NCBI RefSeq assembly: GCF_009914755.1
Contig: NC_060937.1
Length of the DNA: 64,000 nt
Reading direction: 5' to 3' (one strand)
Source: the human T2T-CHM13v2.0 reference genome, Homo sapiens
In this document: positions 46,901 through 61,000 of the stretch, piece after piece
How positions within the stretch are numbered: position 1 is the stretch's first letter
Layout: every line of letters starts with the position of its first letter
The notes under the pieces: generated by a model
Told to the model about the DNA's origin: nothing
What the model saw: the letters and a program-made list of their open reading frames with translations, nothing else
Database searches by the model: none
Translations under genes and position numbers: made by a program

Positions 46901-49900
46901 ACATAAAATATGAAATTACATCAAATATATATTATATTAGGTACATAAAATATGAAAGTACATCAAATATAGATTATATACTGTACATAAAATATCAAAG
47001 TACCCAAATATATATCATATACTGTACATGAAATATCAAAGTTCACAAACTATATATTATATACTGTACATAAAATATCAAAGTACCCAAACTATACATT
47101 ACATACTGTACATAAAATATGAAATTACATCAAATATATATTTTATTAGGTATGTAAAATATGAAAGTACATCAAATATAGATTATATACTGTACATAAA
47201 ATACCAAAGTACCACAAATATATATTTTATACTGTACAAGAAATATCAAAGTTCTCAAACTCTATATTATATACTGCACATAAAATATCAAAGTACCCAA
47301 GGTATATATTCCATACTGTACAAAAAATATCAAAGTACCCAAAGAATATATTATATGCTGTACATAAAATATGAAAGTACATGAAATATATATTTTATTC
47401 TATACATAAAATATCAAAGTACACCAAATATATATTCTATACTGTACATAAAATATCAAGGTACCCAAACTATACATTATATACTGTACATAAAATATGA
47501 AATTACATCAAATATATATTATATTAGGTACATAAAATATGAAAGTACATCAAATATAGATTCTATACTGTACATAAAATATCAAAGTACCCAAATATAT
47601 ATCATATACTGTACATGAAATATCAAAGTTCACAAACTATATATTATATACCGTACATAAAATATCAAAGTACCCAAACTATACATTATATTCTGTACTT
47701 AAAATATGAAATTACATCAAATATATTTTATTAGGTACGTAAAATATGAAAGTACATCAAATATAGATTATATACTGTACACAAAATACAAAAGTACCCC
47801 AAATATATATTTAATACTGTACATGAAATATCAAAGTTCACAAACTATATATTATATACCGTACATAAAATATCAAAGTACCCAAACTATACATTATATA
47901 CTGTACATAAAATATGAAATTACATCAAATATATATTATATTAGGTATGTAAAATAGGAAAGTACATCAAATATAGATTATATACTGTACATAAAATACC
48001 AAAGTACCCCAAATATATATTTAATACTGTACATGAAATATCAAAGTTCTCAAACTATATATTATATACTGCACATAAAATATCAAAGTACCCAAGGTAT
48101 ATATTCCATACTGTACAAAAAATATCAAAGTACCCAAAGCATATATTATATGCTGTACATAAAATATGAAAGTACATCAAATATATATTTTATTCTGTAC
48201 ATAAAATATCAAAGTACACCAAATATATATTCTATACTTTACATAAAATATCAAGGTACCCAAACTATACATTATATACTGTACATAAAATATGAAATTA
48301 CATCAAATATATATTATATTAGGTACATAAAATATGAAAGTACATCAAATATAGATTATATACTGTACATAAAATATCAAACTACCCAAATATATATCAT
48401 ATACTGTACATGAAATATCAAGGTACCCAAACTATACATTATATACTGTACATAAAATATGAAATTACATCAAATATATATTATATTAGGTACATAAAAT
48501 ATGAAAGTACATCAAATATAGATTATATACTGTACATAAAATATCAAAGTACCCAAATATATATCATATACTGTACATGAAATATCAAAGTTCACACACT
48601 ATATATTATATACTGTACATAAAATGTCAAGTTACCCAAAGTATACATTATATACTGTACATAAAATATGAAATTACATCAAATATATATTATATTAGGT
48701 ACATAAAATATGAAAGTACATCAAATATAGATTATATACTGTACATAAAATATCAAAGTACCCAAATATATATCATATACTGTACATGAAATATCAAAGT
48801 TCACAAACTATATATTATATACTGTACATAAAATATCAAAGTACCCAAACTATACATTATATACTGTACATAAAATATGAAATTACATCAAATATATATT
48901 TTATTAGGTATGTAAAATATGAACGTACATCAAATATAGATTATATACTGTACATAAAATACCAAAGTACCCCAAAAATATATTTTATACTGTACATGAA
49001 ATATCAAAGTTCTCAAACTATATATTATATACTGCACATAAAATATCAAAGTACCCAAGCTATATATTCCATACTGTACAAAAAATATCAAAGTACCCAA
49101 AGCATATATTATATGCTGTACATAAAATATGAAAGTACATCAAATATATATTTTATTCTGTACATAAAATATCAAAGTGCACCAAATATATATTCTATAC
49201 TGTACATAAAATATCAAGGTACCCAAACTATACATTATATACTGTACATAAAATATGAAATTACATCAAATATATATTATATTAGGTACATAAAATATGA
49301 AAGTACATCAAATATAGATTATATACTGTACATAAAATATCAAAGTACCCAAATATATATCATATACTGTACATGAAATATCAAAGTTCACAAACTATAT
49401 ATTATATACTGTACATAAAATATCAAAGTACCCAAAGTATACATTATATACTGTACATAAAATATGAAATTACATCAAATATATATTATATTAGGTATGT
49501 AAAATATGAAAGTACATCAAATATAGATTATATACTGTACATAAAATACCAAAGTACCCCAAATATATATTTTATACTGTACATGAAATATCAAAGTTCT
49601 CAAAATATATATTATATACTGCACATAAAATATCAAAGTACCCAAGGTATATATTCCATACTGTACAAAAAATATCAAAGTACCCAAAGCATATATTATA
49701 TGCTGTACATAAAATATGAAAGTACATCAAATATATATTTTATTCTGTACATAAAATATCAAAGTACACCAAATACATATTCTAAACTGCACATAAAATA
49801 TAAAGGTACCCAAACTATACATTATATACTGTACATAAAATATGAAATTACATCAAATATATATTATATTAGGTACATAAAATATGAAAGTACATCAAAT

Positions 49901-52900
49901 ATAGATTATATACTGTACATAAAATATCAAAGTACCCAAATATATATCATATACTGTACATGAAATATCAGTTCACAAACTATATATTATATACCGTACA
50001 TAAAATATAAAAGTACCCAAACTATACATTATATACTGTACATAAAATATGAAATTACATCAAATATATATTTTATTAGGTATGTAAAATATGAAAGTAC
50101 ATCAAATATAGATTATATACTGTACATAAAATACCAAAGTACCCCAAATATATATTTTATACTGTACATGAAATATCAAAGTTCTCAAACTATATATTAT
50201 ATACTGCACATAAAATATCAACGTACCCAAGGTATATATTCCATACTGTACAAAAAATATCAAAGTACCCAAAGCATATATTATATTCTGTACATAAAAT
50301 ATGAAAGTACATCAAATATATATTTTATTCTGTACATAAAATTTCAAAGTACACCAAATATATATTCTATACTGTACATAAAATATCAAGGTACCCAAAC
50401 TATACATTATATACTGTACATAAAATATGAAATTACATCAAATATATATTATATTAGGTACATAAAATATGAAAGTACATCAAATATAGATTATATACTG
50501 TACATAAAATATCAAAGTACCCAAATATATATCATATACTGTACATGAAATATCAAAGTTCACAAACTATATATTATATACTGTACATAAAATATCAAAG
50601 TACCCAAACTATACATTATATACTGTACATAAAATATGAAATTACATCAAATATATATTTTATTAGGTATGTAAAATATGAAAGTACATCAAATATAGAT
50701 TATATACTGTACATAAAATACCAAACTACCCCAAATATATATTTTATACTGTACATGAAATATCAAAGTTCTCAAACTATATATTATATACTGCACATAA
50801 AATATCAAAGTACCCAAGGTATATATTCCATACTGTACAAAAATTATCAAAGTACCCAAAGCATATATTATATGCTGTACATAAAATATGAAAGTACATC
50901 AAATATATATTTTATTCTGTACATAAAATATCAAAGTACACCAAATATATATTCTATACTGTACATAAAATATCAAGGTACCCAAACTATACATTATATA
51001 CTGTACATAATATATGAAATTACATCAAATATATATTATATTAGGTACATAAAATATGAAAGTACATCAAATATAGATTATATACTGTACATAAAATATC
51101 AAAGTACCCAAATATATATCATATACTGTACATGAAATATCAAAGTTCACAAACTATATATTATATACTGTACATAAAATATCAAAGTACCCAAACTATA
51201 CATTATATACTGTACATAAAATCTGAAATTACATCAAATATATATTATATTAGGTATGTAAAATATGAAAGTACATCAAATATAGATTGTATACTGTACA
51301 TAAAATACCAAAGTACCCCAAATATATATTTTATACTGTACATGAAATATCAAAGTTCTCAAACTATATATTATATACTGCACATAAAATATCAAAGTAC
51401 CCAAGCTATATATTCCATACTGTACAAAAAATATCAAAGTACCCAAAGCATATATTATATGCTGTACATAAAATATGAAAGTACATCAAATATATATTTT
51501 ATTCTGTACATAAAATATCAAAGTACACCAAATATATATTCTATACTGTACATAAAATATCAACGTACCCAAACTATACATTTTATACTGTACATAAAAT
51601 ATGAAATTACATCAAATATATATTATATTAGGTACATAAAATATGAAAGTACATCAAATATAGATTATACACTGTACATAAAATATCAAAGTACCCAAAT
51701 ATATATCATATACTGTACATGAAATATCAAAGTTCACAAACTATATATTATATACTGTACATAAAATATCAAAGTACCCAAACTATACATTATATACTGT
51801 ACATAAAAGATGAAATTACATCAAATATATATTATATTAGGTATGTAAAATATGAGAGTACATCAAATATAGATTATATACTGTACATAAAATACGAAAG
51901 TACCCCAAATATATATTTTATACTGTACATGAAATATCAAAGTTCTCAAACTATATATTATATACTGCACATAAAATATCAAAGTACCCAAGGTATATAT
52001 TCCATACTGTACAAAAAATATCAAAGTACCCAAAGCGTATATTATATGCTGTACATAAAATATGAAAGTACATCAAATATATATTTTATTCTGTACATAA
52101 AATATCAAAGTACACCAAATATATATTCTATACTGTACATAAAATATCAAGGTACCCAAACTATACATTATATACTGTACATAAAATATGAAATTACATC
52201 AAATATATATTATATTAGGTACATAAAATATGAAAGTACATCAAATATAGATTATATACTGTACATAAAATATCAAAGTACCCAAATATATATCATATAC
52301 TGTACATGAAATATCAAAGTTCACAAACTATATATTATATACTGTACATAAAATATCAAAGTACCCAAACTATACATTATATACTGTACATAAAATATGA
52401 AATTACATCAAATATATATTTTATTAGGTATGTAAAATATGAAAGTACATCAAATATAGATTATATACTGTACATAAAATACCAAAGTACCCCAAATATA
52501 TATTTTATACTGTACATGAAATATCAAAGTTCTCAAACTATATATTATATACTGCACATAAAATATCAAAGTACCCAAGCTATATATTCCATACTGTACA
52601 AAAAATATCAAAGTACCCAAAGCATATATTATATGCTGTACATAAAATATGAAAGTACATCAAGTATATATTTTATTCTGTACATAAAATATCAAAGTAC
52701 ACCAAGTATATATTCTATACTGTACATAAAATATCAAGGTACCCAAACTATACATTATATACTGTATATAAGATATGAAATTACATCAAATATATATTAT
52801 ATTATGTACGTAAAATATGAAAGTACATCAAATATAGCTTATATACTGTACATAAAATATCAAAGTACCCAAATATATATCATATACTGTACATGAAATA

Positions 52901-55900
52901 TCAAAGTTCACACACTATATATTATATACTGTACATAAAATATCAAAGTACCCAAACTATACATTATATACTGTACATAAAATATGAAATTACATCAAAT
53001 ATATATTTTATTAGGTATGTAAAATATGAAAGTACATCAAATATAGATTATATACTGTACATAAAATACCAAAGTACCCCAAATATATATTTTATACTGT
53101 ACATGAAATATCAAAGTTCTCAAACTATATATTATATACTGCACATAAAATATCAAAGTACCCAAGGTATATATTCCATACTGTACAAAAAATATCAAAG
53201 TACCCAAAGCATATATTATATGCTGTACATAAAATATGAAAGTACATCAAGTATATATTTTATTCTGTACATAAAATATCAAAGTACACCAAGTATATAT
53301 TCTATACTGTACATAAAATATCAAGGTACCCAAACTATACATTATATACTGTATATAAGATATGAAATTACATCAAATATATATTATATTATGTACGTAA
53401 AATATGAAAGTACATCAAATATAGCTTATATACTGTACATAAAATATCAAAGTACCCAAATATATATCATATACTGTACATGAAATATCAAAGTTCACAC
53501 ACTATATATTATATACTGTACATAAAATATCAAAGTACCCAAACTATACATTATATACTGTACATAAAATATGAAATTACATCAAATATATATTTTATTA
53601 GGTATGTAAAATATGAAAGTACATCAAATATAGATTATATACTGTACATAAAATACCAAAGTACCCCAAATATATATTTTATACTGTACATGAAATATCA
53701 AAGTTCTCAAACTATATATTATATACTGCACATAAAATATCAAAGTACCCAAGGTATATATTCCATACTGTACAAAAAATATCAAAGTACCCAAAGCATA
53801 TATTATATGCTGTACATAAAATATGAAAGTAAATGAAATATATATTTTATTCTCTACATAAAATATCAAAGTACACCAAATATATATTCTATACTGTACA
53901 TAAAATGTCAAGTTACCCAAAGTATACATTATATACTGTACATAAAATATGAAATTACATCAAATATATATTATATTAGGTACATAAAATATGAAAGTAC
54001 ATCAAATATAGATTATATACTGTACATAAAATATCAAAGTACCCAAATATATATCATATACTGTACATGAAATATCAAAGTTCACAAACTATATATTATA
54101 TACTGTACATAAAATATCAAAGTACCCAAACTATACATTACATACTGTACATAAAATATGAAATTACATCAAATATATATTTTATTAGGTATGTAAAATA
54201 TGAAAGTACATCAAATATAGATTATATACTGTACATAAAATACCAAAGTACCACAAATATATATTTTATACTGTACATGAAATATCAAAGTTCTCAAACT
54301 CTATATTATATACTGCACATAAAATATCAAAGTACCCAAGGTATATATTCCATACTGTACAAAAAATATCAAAGTACCCAAAGAATATATTATATGCTGT
54401 ACATAAAATATGAAAGTACATGAAATATATATTTTATTCTATACATAAAATATCAAAGTACACCAAATATATATTCTATACTGTACATAAAATATCAAGG
54501 TACCCAAACTATACATTATATACTGTACATAAAATATGAAATTACATCAAATATATATTATATTAGGTACATAAAATATGAAAGTACATCAAATATAGAT
54601 TCTATACTGTACATAAAATATCAAAGTACCCAAATATATATCATATACTGTACATGAAATATCAAAGTTCACAAACTATATATTATATACCGTACATAAA
54701 ATATCAAAGTACCCAAACTATACATTATATTCTGTACTTAAAATATGAAATTACATCAAATATATTTTATTAGGTACGTAAAATATGAAAGTACATCAAA
54801 TATAGATTATATACTGTACACAAAATACAAAAGTACCCCAAATATATATTTAATACTGTACATGAAATATCAAAGTTCACAAACTATATATTATATACCG
54901 TAAATAAAATATCAAAGTACCCAAACTATACATTATATACTGTACATAAAATATGAAATTACATCAAATATATATTATATTAGGTATGTAAAATATGAAA
55001 GTACATCAAATATAGATTATATACTGTACATAAAATACCAAAGTACCCCAAATATATATTTAATACTGTACATGAAATATCAAAGTTCTCAAACTATATA
55101 TTATATACTGCACATAAAATATCAAAGTACCCAAGGTATATATTCCATACTGTACAAAAAATATCAAAGTACCCAAAGCATATATTATATGCTGTACATA
55201 AAATATGAAAGTACATCAAATATATATTTTATTCTGTACATAAAATATCAAAGTACACCAAATATATATTCTATACTTTACATAAAATATCAAGGTACCC
55301 AAACTATACATTATATACTGTACATAAAATATGAAATTACATCAAATATATATTATATTAGGTACATAAAATATGAAAGTACATCAAATATAGATTATAT
55401 ACTGTACATAAAATATCAAACTACCCAAATATATATCATATACTGTACATGAAATATCAAGGTACCCAAACTATACATTATATACTGTACATAAAATATG
55501 AAATTACATCAAATATATATTATATTAGGTACATAAAATATGAAAGTACATCAAATATAGATTATATACTGTACATAAAATATCAAAGTACCCAAATATA
55601 TATCATATACTGTACATGAAATATCAAAGTTCACAAACTATATATTATATACTGTACATAAAATATCAAAGTACCCAAACTATACATTATATACTGTACA
55701 TAAAATATGAAATTACATCAAATATATATTTTATTAGGTATGTAAAATATGAACGTACATCAAATATAGATTATATACTGTACATAAAATACCAAAGTAC
55801 CCCAAAAATATATTTTATACTGTACATGAAATATCAAAGTTCTCAAACTATATATTATATACTGCACATAAAATATCAAAGTACCCAAGCTATATATTCC

Positions 55901-58900
55901 ATACTGTACAAAAAATATCAAAGTACCCAAAGCATATATTATATGCTGTACATAAAATATGAAAGTACATCAAATATATATTTTATTCTGTACATAAAAT
56001 ATCAAAGTGCACCAAATATATATTCTATACTGTACATAAAATATCAAGGTACCCAAACTATACATTATATACTGTACATAAAATATGAAATTACATCAAA
56101 TATATATTATATTAGGTACATAAAATATGAAAGTACATCAAATATAGATTATATACTGTACATAAAATATCAAAGTACCCAAATATATATCATATACTGT
56201 ACATGAAATATCAAAGTTCACAAACTATATATTATATACTGTACATAAAATATCAAAGTACCCAAAGTATACATTATATACTGTACATAAAATATGAAAT
56301 TACATCAAATATATATTATATTAGGTATGTAAAATATGAAAGTACATCAAATATAGATTATATACTGTACATAAAATACCAAAGTACCCCAAATATATAT
56401 TTTATACTGTACATGAAATATCAAAGTTCTCAAAATATATATTATATACTGCACATAAAATATCAAAGTACCCAAGGTATATATTCCATACTGTACAAAA
56501 AATATCAAAGTACCCAAAGCATATATTATATGCTGTACATAAAATATGAAAGTACATCAAATATATATTTTATTCTGTACATAAAATATCAAAGTACACC
56601 AAATACATATTCTAAACTGCACATAAAATATAAAGGTACCCAAACTATACATTATATACTGTACATAAAATATGAAATTACATCAAATATATATTATATT
56701 AGGTACATAAAATATGAAAGTACATCAAATATAGATTATATACTGTACATAAAATATCAAAGTACCCAAATATATATCATATACTGTACATGAAATATCA
56801 GTTCACAAACTATATATTATATACCGTACATAAAATATAAAAGTACCCAAACTATACATTATATACTGTACATAAAATATGAAATTACATCAAATATATA
56901 TTTTATTAGGTATGTAAAATATGAAAGTACATCAAATATAGATTATATACTGTACATAAAATACCAAAGTACCCCAAATATATATTTTATACTGTACATG
57001 AAATATCAAAGTTCTCAAACTATATATTATATACTGCACATAAAATATCAACGTACCCAAGGTATATATTCCATACTGTACAAAAAATATCAAAGTACCC
57101 AAAGCATATATTATATTCTGTACATAAAATATGAAAGTACATCAAATATATATTTTATTCTGTACATAAAATTTCAAAGTACACCAAATATATATTCTAT
57201 ACTGTACATAAAATATCAAGGTACCCAAACTATACATTATATACTGTACATAAAATATGAAATTACATCAAATATATATTATATTAGGTACATAAAATAT
57301 GAAAGTACATCAAATATAGATTATATACTGTACATAAAATATCAAAGTACCCAAATATATATCATATACTGTACATGAAATATCAAAGTTCACAAACTAT
57401 ATATTATATACTGTACATAAAATATCAAAGTACCCAAACTATACATTATATACTGTACATAAAATATGAAATTACATCAAATATATATTTTATTAGGTAT
57501 GTAAAATATGAAAGTACATCAAATATAGATTATATACTGTACATAAAATACCAAACTACCCCAAATATATATTTTATACTGTACATGAAATATCAAAGTT
57601 CTCAAACTATATATTATATACTGCACATAAAATATCAAAGTACCCAAGGTATATATTCCATACTGTACAAAAATTATCAAAGTACCCAAAGCATATATTA
57701 TATGCTGTACATAAAATATGAAAGTACATCAAATATATATTTTATTCTGTACATAAAATATCAAAGTACACCAAATATATATTCTATACTGTACATAAAA
57801 TATCAAGGTACCCAAACTATACATTATATACTGTACATAATATATGAAATTACATCAAATATATATTATATTAGGTACATAAAATATGAAAGTACATCAA
57901 ATATAGATTATATACTGTACATAAAATATCAAAGTACCCAAATATATATCATATACTGTACATGAAATATCAAAGTTCACAAACTATATATTATATACTG
58001 TACATAAAATATCAAAGTACCCAAACTATACATTATATACTGTACATAAAATCTGAAATTACATCAAATATATATTATATTAGGTATGTAAAATATGAAA
58101 GTACATCAAATATAGATTGTATACTGTACATAAAATACCAAAGTACCCCAAATATATATTTTATACTGTACATGAAATATCAAAGTTCTCAAACTATATA
58201 TTATATACTGCACATAAAATATCAAAGTACCCAAGCTATATATTCCATACTGTACAAAAAATATCAAAGTACCCAAAGCATATATTATATGCTGTACATA
58301 AAATATGAAAGTACATCAAATATATATTTTATTCTGTACATAAAATATCAAAGTACACCAAATATATATTCTATACTGTACATAAAATATCAACGTACCC
58401 AAACTATACATTTTATACTGTACATAAAATATGAAATTACATCAAATATATATTATATTAGGTACATAAAATATGAAAGTACATCAAATATAGATTATAC
58501 ACTGTACATAAAATATCAAAGTACCCAAATATATATCATATACTGTACATGAAATATCAAAGTTCACAAACTATATATTATATACTGTACATAAAATATC
58601 AAAGTACCCAAACTATACATTATATACTGTACATAAAAGATGAAATTACATCAAATATATATTATATTAGGTATGTAAAATATGAGAGTACATCAAATAT
58701 AGATTATATACTGTACATAAAATACCAAAGTACCCCAAATATATATTTTATACTGTACATGAAATATCAAAGTTCTCAAACTATATATTATATACTGCAC
58801 ATAAAATATCAAAGTACCCAAGGTATATATTCCATACTGTACAAAAAATATCAAAGTACCCAAAGCATATATTATATGCTGTACATAAAATATGAAAGTA

Positions 58901-61000
58901 CATCAAATATATATTTTATTCTGTACATAAAATATCAAAGTACACCAAATATATATTCTATACTGTACATAAAATATCAAGGTACCCAAACTATACATTA
59001 TATACTGTACATAAAATATGAAATTACATCAAATATATATTATATTAGGTACATAAAATATGAAAGTACATCAAATATAGATTATATACTGTACATAAAA
59101 TATCAAAGTACCCAAATATATATCATATACTGTACATGAAATATCAAAGTTCACAAACTATATATTATATACTGTACATAAAATATCAAAGTACCCAAAC
59201 TATACATTATATACTGTACATAAAATATGAAATTACATCAAATATATATTTTATTAGGTATGTAAAATATGAAAGTACATCAAATATAGATTATATACTG
59301 TACATAAAATACCAAAGTACCCCAAATATATATTTTATACTGTACATGAAATATCAAAGTTCTCAAACTATATATTATATACTGCACATAAAATATCAAA
59401 GTACCCAAGGTATATATTCCATACTGTACAAAAAATATCAAAGTACCCAAAGCATATATTATATGCTGTACATAAAATATGAAAGTACATCAAATATATA
59501 TTTTATTTTGTACATACAATATCAAAGTACACCAAATATATATTCTATACTGTACATAAAATATCAAGGTACGCAAACTATACATTATATACTGTACATA
59601 AAATATGAAATTACATCAAATATATATTATATTAGGTACATAAAATATGAAAGTACATCAAATATAGATTCTATACTGTACATAAAATATCAAAGTACCC
59701 AAATATATATCATATACTGTACATGAAATATGAAAGTTCACAAACTATATATTATATACTGTACATAAAATATCGAAGTACCCAAACTATACATTATATA
59801 CTGAACATAAAATATGAAATTACATCAAATATATATTATATTAGGTATGTAAAATATGAAAGTACATCAAATATAGATTATATACTGTACATAAAATACC
59901 AAAGTACCCCAAATATATATTTTATACTGTACATGAAATATCAAAGTTCTCAAACTGTATATTATATAGTGCACATAAAATATCAAAGTACCCAAGGTAT
60001 ATATTCCATACTGTACAAAAAATATCAAAGTACCCAAAGCATATATTATTTGCTGTACATAAAATATGAAAGTACATCAAATATATATTTTATTCTGTAC
60101 ATAAAATATCAAAGTACACCAAATATATATTCTATACTGTACATAAAATATCAAGGTACCCAAACTATACATTATATACTGTACAAAAAAAATGAAATTA
60201 CATCAAATATATATTATATTAGGTACATAAAATATGAAAGTACATCAAATATAGATTATATACTGTACATAAAATATCAAAGTACCCAAATATATATCAT
60301 ATACTGTACATGAAATATCAAAGTTCACAAACTATATATTATATACTGTACATAAAATATCAAAGTACCCACACTATACATTATATACTGTACATAAAAT
60401 ATGAAATTACATCAAATATATATTTTATTAGGTATGTAAAATATGAAAGTACATCAAATATAGATTATATACTGTACATAAAATACCAAAGTACCCCAAA
60501 TATATATTTAATTCTGTACATGAAATATCAAAGTTCTCAAACTGTATATTATATACTGCACATAAAATATCAAAGTACCCAAGGTATATATTCCATACTG
60601 TACAAAAAATATCAAAGTACCCAAAGCATATATTATATGCTGTACATAAAATATGAAAGTACATCAAATATATATTTTATTCTGTACATAAAATATCAAA
60701 GTACACCAAATATATATTCTATACTGTACATAAAATATCAAGGTACCCAAACTATACATTATATACTGTACATAAAAAACGAAATTACATCAAATATATA
60801 TTATATTAGGTACATAAAATATGAAAGTACATCAAATATAGATTATATACTGTACATAAAATATCAAAGTACCCAAATATATATCATATACTGTACATGA
60901 AATATGAAAGTTCACAAACTATATATTATATACTGTACATAAAATATCAAAGTACCCAAACTATACATTATATACTGTACATAAAATATGAAATTACATC
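43920..61000 (+). repeat. 587-bp 14-mer HOR domain 2, ~27 full units plus short 167/208/209-bp derivative units
   Basis: 196-aa ORFs start every 587 bp (44093, 44680, 45267, 45854 ... 58549, 59136, 59723, 60310, 60897), with the same diagnostic variants as 5190-12290. Confidence 0.93.
45267..59135 (+). repeat. ~7-kb tandem super-repeat, copy 1 45267-52305 (7039 bp) and copy 2 52306-59135 (6830 bp)
   Basis: ORF pairs offset by 7039: 45267/52306, 45854/52893, 46585/53624, 47028/54067, 48033/55072. ORF pairs offset by 6830: 48786/55616, 49373/56203, 50168/56998, 50545/57375, 51132/57962, 51719/58549. Translations are nearly identical. Confidence 0.93.

Noticed and set aside
44093-60900. Series of 196-aa ORFs with ATGA stop/start overlaps resembling a translationally coupled operon
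   Set aside because: This is produced by the 1-bp deletion in monomer F*, which shifts the frame into 'tgtacATGA' once per 587-bp unit. There are no ribosome-binding sites and the context is satellite DNA.
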